Positions 24,798-38,927 of a stretch of 64,000 bases of DNA are shown in pieces; the stretch's first letter is position 1; every line of letters starts with the position of its first letter. The position numbers and the translations under genes are program-made. Under the pieces are notes generated by a model, which saw nothing but the letters and a program-made list of their open reading frames with translations, ran no database searches and was not told where the DNA came from. This DNA is from Epiperipatus broadwayi (Eukaryota > Animalia > Onychophora), in contig JAQFVV010000003.1 of the NCBI GenBank assembly GCA_028023455.1, positions 19,344,001-19,408,000 on the forward strand. Direction: 5' to 3'.

Positions 24798-26197
24798 CCT
24801 ACTGTTGAAACTATTTTTTTTAAAAAGTTTAACATTATCTATGCGTAATGCATCAGGAAAAAGACTTTGTTTTTCCTGTTCTTAAATGCTTTAAAAATTA
24901 CTCAAGAAATAACCTGGAGCAAAATAATTTGCAAAATTTATCAATAATGTTTATAGTAAATGATATTATGCAAATCTTAAATTATAAAACATTATTGATA
25001 AATTTGAAGCATTCAAAAATTGTAAAAAAAAAAAAATTTTTTACGGGTCTATTTAGTTCAAGTATTTGATGCTAGTAACAAAATTATTTGATGAATTTGA
25101 TTTTGGCAAATGCTTTTGTCCATGTTATTATATGTAATAGTATGTTGGAAATAACACCACCAAAACTACTGTATGGTGAGTCCAATGTATTATTACATCT
25201 AATAAACCATTACCACAAACCTTCAGGCAAATATTTTATTATATTTAAAATTACATGTATACATTTTTTTGTTGTTTTTGTGTTATAAATTTAAATAAAA
25301 AATATTGCGAATAATTGATTTCATTTAATGAAGACCCCCAAAATTTCTAGATCCTCAAACCCCTTAAAGGCTAAATTTACCACTGGGCATAAGTATAAAT
25401 AAGAAGTAATTACTACATATACTATTAAGCTTTTTATTTTTTAATTTGTGTTTAAAGACTTCATATTTGTTTTCCTTTTAAGTGTTTTATTATCTTCAAA
25501 TGATTACTTTACATGGTTTATTGCACCTGTCTTAAAAATTATATAAGACATTTACAATATTAGAAAAATTATTAATATTTTTCAGATTAAAAAAAAAAAA
25601 GTTCTCTTCAATAAGCCATTATCAAGACTTGACATTTATAAAAGGTCAGACTATTTTTAAATCCAGTAAAAAAACAGACAACTTAATATTAATTTTTTTT
25701 ATTCATCTTTTATATTTTTTGTTTTAGACAAAATATTTCTAAATTTTTTAAAACAAAAATTACACATATTCATTTAGGTTGCAAAATATTTTATTCCTGA
25801 AGACAATCAAATAGGTCAGCAATAACAGTACTAACATTATGGTTACACATCTTTTATATTTACTCAAGTATTTCACACCATATCATAGAGGAAGGAGTTA
25901 TATTTTAGTACAGTGGTAGCATGACCAGAATCTGTAGATATAAAGTCCTAGACTAAAGCTTAAACAGTCACTATGGTGGTGCTCAAGTGTTTTTCGATCA
26001 GTTAGACATATGTAACTGAAATTCAGTGTATCAATACAATGGCTGACTCAAAAGTTAAAAGCGCCTGGATCAAATTCAATCTGTCTTTTCTGGTGCTAAA
26101 ATATCATATGATTTCTTGACCACAATGTAATGATAATTTCCATATCTTTAAACATGCATATATATGTATATACAAAACAATAAAAATCACTAATGTG

Positions 26198-26262
26198 TTA
26201 TTAAAACAGGCAAATCTCTCCATACAGTAGTGCCACTCAGTGCAAGCCAGAGTAATCAATGG
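26198..26262 (-). mobile_element. 5'-truncated copy of the 11318 hairpin family
   Basis: 65 bp of the outer arm end, flanked by ATCACTAATGTG (26186-26197) and ATCATTAATGTG (26263-26274). Confidence 0.8.
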
Positions 26263-27331
26263 ATCATTAATGTGATTGTAAAGTTTAAAAGAAAAATTGA
26301 TAAAAGGCTACGAATAAAATATACATTTTCAGCTCAACTCAAAAACTTGTATTAAGTTATTCAATTAAAGTTCAGGAAACATGTTTTGAGAAAATAAATT
26401 GAATCTTTGCAGTCTTTTCAATTGAAAACCATATGAGTCCATCAGAAAAGGTCTAATACTGATAATGCAGTTACACAAAAGATTCAATTTCATTTTATAA
26501 AATTTCAGCATAAATGGAAAATTAAACTCAATGACTAACTTAAATTCGATCAGCTACAATGCACAAGCTGAACACTTTAATTTTGTTCCATGCATTTTAA
26601 TAAATTAGCCAATAAAAATCATTATTATTGAAAAAGTTTATAAGACTTGAAGTTCTAATTATTTGACTATGTTTGTTTAATAAATAATTAAAATCTAAAA
26701 CCCTTGACTTCTGTATTATGCAAACAAATGGAGAAAAAAAACCCGATGACATTAAAAAATAGTGTAGAACTAATTTGTGTTTATCCAGACCTATTGCAAG
26801 AGTAAGACAAAACTAGAGATAGTTGTTGGAGAAAGCACCATAATTATAGATATTTAGTCTTTTTTTTTTTAATGATAATAAATAAAACTCACGTTAAGAC
26901 AGAAACACATTACCTATGCATTCTTAACATGTATGCCTGCTCAATGTTGTTGAGCTTCATAATCCAGGAAATATTTCTGATAATTTGTTTATATATATAT
27001 ATATATGTTTATAGATTCAAATATTTGTCAAAAAGTTTATGATGATGGCATTTGACTTATGACTATATGTTGGAGTATTTTCATTATTTGAATTTATGGT
27101 CATGCTATAATGAATTAGGCTATTCTGCCAAAGGTTACTTGGCTAGACACATCTGAAAGTCTTTAATTTGATTCCCATATTATTACAATAAGTTAGGTCA
27201 GTATCATCTGAAGAAAAAAAGAGAATATCATTAAAATCAGTGTTTTATATTAATCTGTGTGTTACTACTAATAGTTGAATATAGTTGAAAAGTTTAAATA
27301 AAGTTTGGATTTTCCCAACATCATTTAACAA

Positions 27332-27544
27332 ACATCATATGATCATCATGTGATAATGCTTACACAAGCTGTTTGCACAGAGGCTAAATTGTCCATATAG
27401 TAGCACCACTTAGAAACTTGTCTGGAAATATTGGATGAGTAGGCACTAGATAGGGGTTTTATGCATGAACCTTCTTGCATCCATTGATTACTCTGGCTTG
27501 CACTGAGTGGCGCTACTGTATGGAAAGTTTAGCCTCTAAGTACA
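27332..27544 (+). mobile_element. Internally deleted copy of the 11318 hairpin family
   Basis: Leader ACATCATATGATCA, about 35 bp of left arm, then about 120 bp of right arm. Flanked by CATTTAACAA at 27322-27331 and 27545-27554. Confidence 0.8.
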
Positions 27545-30500
27545 CATTTAACAATTAAAACTTGATAATGGAAATAGTCCAATATATATTTATAATCATT
27601 CACACACACACACCCTCAAACCTCATATATATATATATTAGAATAAATTTTTGATAAGAGCAAGATAGTATGCATTCTTACAAATCTAAACAAACAATTT
27701 AATTAATAACGACATTATTTAAAAAATTAGGTGGATTACTTTTATTTCAAGTTTATTATTCTAATTTTAATTTGTATTATTTGTTGAATTTTTGTTTTAA
27801 AAACAAGTAGACATGTACATATAAATTTTGGATTTATTCAAAAATTAATTAGAATTGTCTTGATTTTCATCTATGCCAAAAGAAAAGTTAAAGAAGCTTT
27901 TTACATTGCAAATGATCCCAGTGCCATTAATAGAAGAGAGGCATGCTTTGCTCTCTCTAAACAATGGACTAATTAAATATTCAAACTCATTTGCATATGT
28001 GTACAATAAATCACAACAGTATTCATTCACAAAGCTATGAGTATGAGATTCGAACATTAAATCTCGAAGCGCTAAGCAGACCTATTACACCTTATTTTAA
28101 GTATAATTATAGCTTCACTAACGCATGCGAAAAAAGTCGCATATTTATAATTGTAATTTACAAAATAACATTTAACAAAAATCATTAGAAGCACAATTGG
28201 GTATTATCAAATCATCTCAAATCATAATTAAATAACATGTATTACAAATTGTCAATGCAATATTATGATTATTAAATATTTAAGAGCTTCCCCAATATTG
28301 CCAGCAATGGTAATTAACACAATTAACATATTTTTTTTCCATTAAAGATAAGATTTCATTGGAACTTAATGCATGTGCTATGTGTGCATGTTAATTCACA
28401 TATAATACAGATTTTTCATAAGAAACAAACATGCGATGACATTATTTTAGTAAAGTATTATTTTGGTTTTTGTAAAATCAACAAATGAATTGAAGATGTT
28501 TCAAATGACAATGAGGTCAATTTTAAAAAATTTATCAATGATGAAAAATTGAAATGCAGCTGCTATGGAAGAACATGAGATCAGTTACGGTGAAAAAATT
28601 GGAGCAAGAGCTAGATATGTTATATAGATGAAAAGAAAATAGTATATTTTAATTAAAGATTTTGAATAATCAAAGTTACATTTATGCAAAACACCAATAA
28701 TTAGAAGAATTTTACAAGTCTTTACATGTGAATAATGCAAATTTTAATCCTCCCTAATATATATATAACAATTTCTTAAATATTTGCACAAATAGACACG
28801 ATTCACCATAATGAGATATAGATAGTAAATAGAAGATTTTCAGAACTTTTAGATATAAATATTGATACTTTGCTTGGTTTGATCAGAAATGAAATTTATC
28901 TAAAAAATACATAAAGAATTCTCATTAAAATTATCAATACTTACATTTAAAAGCTATGAAAATCTAATTAAAATCTTTGTGTGAGTGCTGTTTATTTGTA
29001 AAAATATTAAATTACGCATTTTTGTTATTATATTTTGCAAAATGAAATAACTCTGTCTGCTTTCTCACCATGAAGCAGTCACATATTTGATAAGTATGTG
29101 TAAAAGAAAACATAATAACAAACAATAGCTGATCGATCTGACATTCATTGAATTCAAATTTTATCTGCATAATTTTTTGCAATTTTTTTATTATTTTCAA
29201 GTTTATTATTATGTTATTACATATATCAATTTTTGGTAGTACATATTTCTGTGCACAGACTTAACCTAAAATGAAATTTATTAAATCAAATATTGTTTAC
29301 ATATGTAATATATCGACATTTTAATTTTATACAAAAAAATATCAAATATTAAGCCAAATATAGTACAAATATAGTGAATCAAAATAACGCAGCTCTGGGT
29401 TTTTTTTTCAGAGATAATGGCAAAATCTAGAGTTCAAGATCCACGGATCGTGATTCATTTCTGCACTTCTGATGTTTGATTTCACGAGAACCCCTGAGCA
29501 ATAAACTATTTGATTATTACAAAAACCCAAAACAAAACAATTACAGACATAAACATTTATTTGATTATTTACAGTTTGCAATACTATGCAGTATGATTGT
29601 TCTTAACAAGAGCTTTCTAATAAAATAAAAACTGTAATATAATTTTTTATGATAAATATTTGTATATTAATTACATATATATATATTTAGCCTTTAAATA
29701 TCACACATTACATACTATCAGGTATATAAAATAATAAGTTAATACATGTAGATTCAAACAAAAATTTTTATGTGAAGATTCCTAATTTAAGTAATTTAAT
29801 ATGTAGTGTTTTAATTTAGCACCATTGAACAAAGAGCAAATGGTTCCTGAATTGATTCCCAGATGCAAAGAAAAATAAGAAAAACAATTTAGTCCTTTGA
29901 ATATACAAACTATAGGTTTGATGTTATTATATGACATTACCTCTTTAGCAAATGAATATATGAATTTTTTATATTTTTAAAACATGAATGGATGAGATAA
30001 AGAGGTTTTCTAGATTAATCAAAAAAGAAAGCTATGAATTAAAAATAAAATAAAACACCATTAATCTTAAACCCTTGGAGTCATGAATTTTTCAAATGTC
30101 AAGAAGAGATCTTTACCCCCCCCCCCCTATTTTTAAATCTAAAATGTTAAAACTGTAAAAAAATTTTTTTACTATCCATAGAGTATAAATTTATTTTATT
30201 AATAATAATATAACACTTTAAATTACAATATCAATTTATAATTATTTATCAAACGTCGTTATTTCCCACTTTGATTCTGTTTATAAAAGTGTGTGCAAAC
30301 TAATTTATTTATTGTAAATATTAAAGATTGTAAAATTTTGTTCAGATAATAAAAAATTTTGAATTGGTATTCACATTAACGGTATTTTACCTGGTACTGA
30401 GTAAAATAAGACCATTACCACTTTGTAGATCAATAATGATTGAAAATAATATCTGTAATTCTTTAATGAGTACATTCGAACATATATTGAGAGTAAACAT

Positions 30501-33500
30501 TATAAACGTAAACAGACTTTCACTTAGTAATTTAAATACATGAAATTCATTTAGATTTCAAACTCTTTAAAATGTGAAATATAATTAATTAGTTAGAGGT
30601 CTAGCGTCAATCCCAGTAAATGTCTTTTAAAGATAGATCTCAGTTTCTTTTGTAATCATTTAAAAGAAAGTTTAATATCTAACTGCAGTTAGAGTAAGAG
30701 ATTTTAACAACGGAGACTGTATTCTTGTCAGGAGACTTTAGCAATTTGTCAAAGATAGTTTTAAAAAAAAAGAAATAGAGAAAAAAAAACAAACATTAAA
30801 TTTAGTTATTAAAATATTATTTAAAAAAATTTGACAGACTGCTCTTTGCTATAGATTTTCTCTATTTTAATACCAAGACCAAAAAATAAATAAAATTATC
30901 TAATATTATCCTCACATTAAAACTAGTATATACTAGGTATTAAGATCTCTACCCAAGGGATGCTGAAATACCAAATGTACTGTAACAAATAATACAGAAT
31001 CATCATAGTATTATATTCTGGCAAAATAATATTTAGTTACTACATAAAGTTCAATAATCCATTACATTGTTAAGATTCATATTAACTAATATTTAAATAA
31101 AATAAGTAAACGATAATTAAAAAAAATTGGTGCTGCTTTAATAATGCTTTACAGTTTTTCACATTTCTACATAAATCTGCTAAATCCACATAAATACAAT
31201 ATTAATTAATATTTCCCTTAAAAAATTACTTGACACTTTTTATTCCAAATTTTAAGAATAAACTGAATGAAAAAAATAGTAAATAAAAAATTTAATTATG
31301 ATTTCCATTTGATATCATTCAAAAATGAAATAAATATTTTCTCAGACTATTTTTTAAAATTTCCAGAATCATGACGTCAGAGAATTGTAATTGCAGTCTA
31401 TATTATACTACAATAAAAGATTTTAGTGAATATTGAACAGCATAGTTTCTGAGGGAAGAGCATGTGCTAAAAAATAACTATACAGTATATAATTCTATTT
31501 TTGATATCCATAAAGTATCTCTTTTTTCCCCATATCATTATAGTTTTTTTATATTCTTTAAAATGTTAATTCTCAGGGTGCCAAATAATAATCTGTTTTG
31601 TTTTTCTATTATTCAATCAATGATTTTTCAAGATTTTAAAAATATATAATGATTATAAAACAGCCAACAAATTATTAAAAACAATGAATTTACACCTGAA
31701 AGATTGTTCTATACAATAAGAACATATGGAAAATCTGAAAATGGCCCAAAACGCAAATAAGTAAAATTAAATTATAAGTCTAACAAATATAACATTTCAA
31801 AAAGAGTAGTTTTTCATATTCTAAAAATATCTGATTGCAGAAATTTGCCAAAGCTGCAACCCTAAAAGAGCTGCACATCCAACACCATATTGCTAACCGA
31901 GCACTGCATTTGATTGCCCACAACACTCTCCAGTGACCAATTAACCTTATTTTTCTGTCAACTAATTATAATATCATGCTTTGTATACTACTACTTGTAA
32001 AAAGTAATAGAGAGAATAAAACAACGGCATCTAATAGTTACGTAAAGAAAATCATTATACTAATTACAGCCATTCCATTTTCATTTGGAACCTAATTAAT
32101 AACTTTCCCTTAGCTAATCACCCACTAATCATCTCTATTCATTACAAAAACTCTAAGTAGGATAAACATTTACATTCAATTTGGTCTATAATCTATCATA
32201 ATTATAATCTTCAGAATTTGAATTTTTGTTGTTTTAGTCACTTTGAAAATTGCTTAAAAATAATAATTGAAGAATTTATATATTTTTAGAATGCGGTAAA
32301 AAAGATGAAAGTAAAATTTAAATATTTATAAATAAATAAAAAATGTAATAAAATATTTAATTCAAAAGAATTTTTAAAAAATAGTATTAATTAGTTTTAA
32401 ACACAAACACATACAGTGAATATTTAAACTTTTGAATATTTAAAAATCTCTTCAGCATATGAAAAAGCAACATTAAATAATATTTCATTTACAAAAAAAC
32501 CTTTTAAATATAATTAGACATCTTCATCTGTACTGCTTAATGGCTTCAAAATGCATTTCATTTATTTTAATTTTAGAGATAATGAAATCTAAAACAAAAG
32601 CTTTATGATAGGTTATATTTTATTATAATAACTTCAATGATTCTTCAGCATTTTGCCAAAGAGAAAATATTTTCTTTAAAATATACTTTAGTACCATATT
32701 CTGTGCACACTGATAAATATATATGATGCATATTTAATTATGTTTAAAAACCAAATTGATCAAAGTGAGATTCGTTTTTTACTTAATTTGAATCAATCCA
32801 ACAACCTTTTGTTCCTAAGTCCACATTTTCTCTTCAAGAATAAAACTAGTCAAGGCATGTGTGTCTGTACATAAACAAAATGGCTACACATTTTACATTA
32901 TACAATAGCAATGAAGATGTAAACAATTTTAAAGTCCTTAACAACTATCAAAAATGATATTAATGATATCCAATCTTAAGGTGAAATGTTTAAATAAAAT
33001 CTTACTATTTCCTGATAATAATTAATTGAAGAATAATCAATTGTTCAGCTTCTCTTTTATTATTCTAAAGTATTTTTCACTTCATCATTTCTTCAAAGTT
33101 ACCAACTTCAATCTGGTGTAGCAGAAAATGCCTCAGTTTCATCTTCACTCATTAAATTTCCATTTAAAATTAAGCTATTTGACAAATCACTGACCCAACA
33201 CTTATTTTCCTCAATTTGTGTCATCTATTTTTGCTTTGTCTACAGATACTATCTTAGTTAACTGGGATCATTTTTGATTCTAAAAGTAAATATCTTATTA
33301 CTTTGCGCATCCATGGATGATAATTATAGACAGATATTTCCATGATACCAGCAGATAGAAGATGAGGGGCAACAAAATTTTAGAAGAAAATTGACACCTA
33401 ATGGCTAATATATATGTCTCTAGAGTAAGACCAGCTAAAATTGAAAATTAAACTATCACCAATGTGGTCTGTCACCAATTCATTGAGGATTAAAATCTTT

Positions 33501-36500
33501 GTGAAGTTTATACATATAAGTACACTTAAGATCAATGATAATAATTTACGTTGAAAGAAAATGTGGAGTATACAAAAATAAAACAGAAGCAAGAAAATGA
33601 TAAATGAACTTCAAGAGAGAGAGAGAGAAAATATAGATACATATCTGAATTAGCCTATCACAAGATGAAAGTTTCTCTACTTTTTCCAAAGAGAAGCAGT
33701 AAAGAAAACATTATTCACTATATTTGTCACTTTTCAGATAGTGATGGTTTGAGCATTTTTTGTTGTTGTTATTGTTTTAACCATAGTTGCTAGATATCCA
33801 TTTAATGATCAATATTGGAAGATTAAAACCTAATAAAACTTTTAAATTTTATTCAACCGTAATCTGAATTCAGGTTGTAGATAAAGAAGGTACATATTCT
33901 ATCAGCGAATCCATTTCAAAGAAAAAAGTAGTTTCAAGAATTAAAAAAAAGAGAGACATATTTGGAAAGGTAATTCAATTTGATATAAAAGATGCTTGGA
34001 GAAGATGATCTGGTTTGGCAGATGCACTTTTTTGCCTGATAATAAATGATCATACATATTTAACAACTATCTACCATAAATTAAGTATTCACATTATTTC
34101 AAAATTGAGATTTCTAAAATATCTTCAGTTCTGTCGATATTAAAAACAATTTTTAAAAAATCCTATAAATTTTAATATTACTTCTCAGCATAACCACCCC
34201 ATAATCATCCAGTTAAAAATATACGAAAAATATAATTTTTATGTGATAAAGCTTTTGAATTTTATCATAAAAGATTTGTAATTGTTTTTGAAAAAAAGTG
34301 ATGGCTAAAACATTTTTTTTTTTTCATGTCTTGTTGCAAATTGTATATTTCAGCTTTTCTTTAAGCAAAACTAAATATGATTTATTTTTATAATAAATAT
34401 ATTGGGTTCCTGCAGGTCTCAAAACAAGATTAGTATATTTTTTGGGGAATGTGAATTTTTAAAATTTCTATCTTCAACTTATATACTTATATTCCGTTAG
34501 AATTAATTTTAGAAGTTTAGTGATTGTTCAACAATAGTAAGAATTATAATTTAAATAAAACAATGAAAAACAGACATTTCACTGCTCTCTTTTATTTTCT
34601 CCTTTTAACATTTTTGATTAATATTATAATCTTCTCTTCAATTCTGATAAATGCAGAATTAATTGAAAACTTAAAAAAAAAAAAAAATTATAAAAGGAAG
34701 TACTGTACTTTAGTGACTCCATTTTTAAAATTTAAAGAGTAATTTTTCAAGGTTTTTTATTTTTATCATATCACAATATCCACTAGAGCAGAAAGATAGA
34801 CCCTCTCTCTCTCACTGCATTCATTTTGTGAACAACCTTTGCTCATCAAATGAGTTGGGGTATTAATTGTCTGAATCCCACACTCATTTCTCCATTACAC
34901 CACTCTGATGTGTTTATATTGTAACCGAAATCTCTGTAACCGAATGCCCCAATCGGGCAGCCAAAGACTGTAACCTTAATCTGGAGCACATGTGATGAAT
35001 GTAAGTAATCAAATCTACCACATTGCATGCTAAAAATTGTAACCAAAAAGTCTGATCACATCACAACAAACAAAATTAATGATATAACATGAAATTATTA
35101 TGATCTAATCTGGTCGTGGCCAGGGTACACCGCGAAGACCCATCGTAGCAGTATGTGAAAGTACATTAGACAAATTATAAGTATATAATTTTATTATTCC
35201 TCAAAACTTTAATCTGCAATTTTTCATTGCATGAGACCTTATGGCTAAGCCATGGACAAGATGGTATAATTTGTAGAACTACTAAAGATTATTCTTTAAA
35301 AGTGACATGTATGGTTTTGGTACAAATGCTAGTCTAGGTATGAACTTTGCAATAATAATAAGATTGGAAAACTTGGGTTCTTTCAAACTTAAATTTATAA
35401 TTTAATAAAAAGCAGTGGGACTCTTATTATATTGATGAATGACAATTATAACATTAAGCAAATAGATTCAATCATATCATTACCTGATAAATCTGTTTAT
35501 AAGTTTATAAAATCAATCAATTTTGTATCATGTATTAGAACCAATAACGCAAAGCTAAAGTGATGGAAAAGGCAAATGGGATTTTATTGTACCTTACACA
35601 TCATAAATTACCAAGGACAAAAAGCATTTAAATGTTTTCTCAGAATATTACTAAAACTCTTATGTCTTACTAACAACAGTATGTACTGCAATGTATGCTC
35701 TATTCAAGATATAGGGTTTCTGGTTTTATGAATGACAAATAGCAACGGCACAGTAAGTTTAATTATAAATCAACATTTATTTACAATTTTATGATCAACA
35801 AATAATTGATATATGATGTTTTAATATAATAAATAAATACATAAATAAACAAATAAATAAAATATCATTCCATTTGTTCACTTCACTCAATATACCATAG
35901 GCATAGGTTTATAAAAGCCTAATCATACATTTTATTATAATTTGATCTAATTTCTGCCTTGAGGAAACTTTACTGAAATTCAACATCAAATCATGAAATA
36001 CCCAATGTGTCAGTTCCAGAACCAATAAACCTATACTATAAACCTATAATAATATAATAAATAATATTACATTTGCAGGAATTAGCTAAAATGCAATGCT
36101 AAACCAAAGTAAAATTTCAAACTTTAGTTCAAATAAAATATTAATTAACAAGCAGTTAATCATTATGAGGATAATTTAGATAAGATGCCCTGCTACACTT
36201 TATGACTCAACTTATAAGTTATACTTATAAATGGAAGACGATGATTTTAGCATAATAATACAAAATACTTTGCCCAAACTTACATTTATAAAGTAAAATG
36301 ATATTCCTCATCTACACATAGGAATGATACAACACTGAGTGCCCTGTGGGTTTATATACCACCATGAAGCAACAAATATAATTACACAATTCCGCAGATT
36401 AACCACCAGCACAGGAATGAGTGTAAAAATTAAAAAAGTGGCAACTAATTAATTTGTGGATTAACCACCAGCACAGATTAATGCCATTTAACATTGTAAA

Positions 36501-38380
36501 GCAATATTAATATTTAATTCATATTTAAAGTGCAAAAATCATCCTCCTCAGTTATTCTGACAATTCAGAAAAACACCAGCATTTTAGCAGATGTAGGTTC
36601 ATACATAATAAAAAGTGTTTCAATAATAAGGACAACTAATATACTGATTTATCTTGATTAAAATATAAACATAATAACAATGTAATACAAGTGACATGAG
36701 TATAGGAACAGAACTCTGGAAAGACTCATAAGACACTTCATAAGAGGTTGACACCCACCATAAATTTATTATTAATTCTCAAGCTTTTTCTGCAAGCGCT
36801 ATTCCCTTTAATAAATATTTTATTCAATCCCATAAGTTTAATTTAAACATAGTAAAAATATAAATCATGAACCTCATATATAAGTTCATATAACAATAAA
36901 AATTAAAATTAATTCATTCTTATTTAAACACATAAATTAAAGTGTACAACATTTTTAGAATACTAAATATTATCTGTGAAATCAATGTAAAAATGTCTTG
37001 AACAATAAATACACATTACACAAAGTAATAATTATAAATTATAGCTGAATTCCATAGATGTGATTATATCCATTTGTTCTAGTTATTATGAGCACTTTTA
37101 AATTAATGAATTTTACATGGCTCCATGATTGAAATAATTCCAAAAGCATGACATGTAGAATTTAAATGAAACTGTTCTTCACAAGTTATTAAATTCTACA
37201 TTTTTATATAGCATTGTTCCAAGCTTATAATATCCAGGCTATATTAATTTATCTATCCACATTTAAATCTAGGAATACAATCAGAACAAAACAATTTAAC
37301 AAATCCACATTGGCGATAAAAATCAGAAAGTAGTTTTAGTTAATCGTTTAAAGGCTGTTATTATTATTCAAGTAGTAAACAAATTAAATAGTAAATACAT
37401 TACTGACAGTATACATTCAGATAAGATAGTCAATTCTTTATTATTTAAATGATACACAGAAATATTAAACCAGCGTTTCAATAAAATTTAACATTTAAAG
37501 TTGATTTTAAACCTCTTCTTTTTTAAAAATAAAGTTGTCATATCCAAAAAACTTCTGTAATTAAAATATTTATTTAATGTTGCCAATTTGTATGTAATAA
37601 AATATTCCAAAACATACTGACCTTCTGCTATTAATTCTACTTTTAAAGTTAAGCATTTTGACATATTCAAATGTAGATATTGAGAAAATTATTAGTGATT
37701 TGATCCACCGGGCCGGCAGACTTGAACAGATCATTTAAATCTAGCAACTCATACTATTATTAAATAACACCATTTTATGTTTAAATTCGTATAAAAATTC
37801 TTGGTTAATCCATTTGCTTATTATTTTAAAAAAATATGCTTAACATATTTTGCTTACATTTTATTCTTACACCATTTTTTTCTTAATAATAACCACAAAC
37901 ACTGACTTTCCCTGAGACGCTTACTGAAACGCACACGTTATTTTATATTTTTATCTAATAATTAAAAATTAGTTAAACAAATGGCTTTTGAATTTAAATG
38001 AAAATAATTTCTAAGATTATTTTAAATAAATAAGAATTATTATTATTTTTAATCACATTTTACTAAACTTGATGTGTGCTGTAAATTTCTTACAAGTTAA
38101 ACATATTTGACCCAAATCAGTGAATGGAAAAGGAGTAATTTTAAATACATTAAAATAATACAGGCAATAAGCAAGGTAAAATATTACTTATTCTCACCAA
38201 TAAATTATTTTGAATGCAAGTAAATAGTCTCTTGAGAATGCAAACCAAAGCAATCAAATCACCAAGACAGAGAAATTTTTAAATCAGTTCTATCAATATC
38301 TATATTTTACATTAAAATATAAGGTTAAAATATTAAATACTTGAAAATATTGCAATTAGAACTTAAAAAAGAGGGGTGGG

Positions 38381-38489
38381 GCTCATTACTATTATATTGC
38401 TGTGATATCTAAATATGGAAGGTTCCTCCTCCTCGAAGGAGGGAAAATCTTCCATATTTCGATATCGCAGCAATATAATAGTAATGAGC
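38381..38489. repeat. 109-nt hairpin
   Basis: GCTCATTACTATTATATTGCTGTGATATCTAAATATGGAAG pairs with CTTCCATATTTCGATATCGCAGCAATATAATAGTAATGAGC, with an inner TTCCTCCT/AGGAGGGAA stem. Confidence 0.9.
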
Positions 38490-38927
38490 TGCACATCCAA
38501 GTTTAAACTTGATAATGTTTTTGTCTGTTAGCTATTATAGCTTATAGTTGCAGTATTTGAAAATCATGTTATCAATTTCTCTTACCTAAATAATTTAAAT
38601 TAGTTATTCTGGCCTCAAAAATCACATTCAGATTTAGAAAACAAGCTGTATTAAGTAAAAAAAATATATATATAAAGACATTCCTTTATGTGTAAAATTA
38701 ACATAGTCTTCCATTCTTGTTTGCTTCAAACTGTTGAATGTCTCTAACAAAATACTGTAGTGCTTATTTTGATTTGTTAACAAATATTTTCATATTAGTA
38801 ATCATTTAACAAGTGTTAAGAGATATTTATTGGCACTGGGGGAGGGGTGGATATGAACCACTACAGAAAATGCCAAGTGAATAATGGAAAAGAAAATTAT
38901 GAATCAGTTATATAAATATGAATTTAC

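Noticed and set aside
27845-28057. 70-aa minus-strand ORF as a host exon
   Set aside because: No recognisable homology and no clear splice-site pair.
30388-30450. Small minus-strand exon candidate (cag|...ccag|gtaaaa)
   Set aside because: No recognisable product and no linked exons.
37690-37745. Helitron 3' end (GC-rich segment then CTAG)
   Set aside because: The hairpin is poor, about 25 nt from CTAG, and CTAG is not followed by T.
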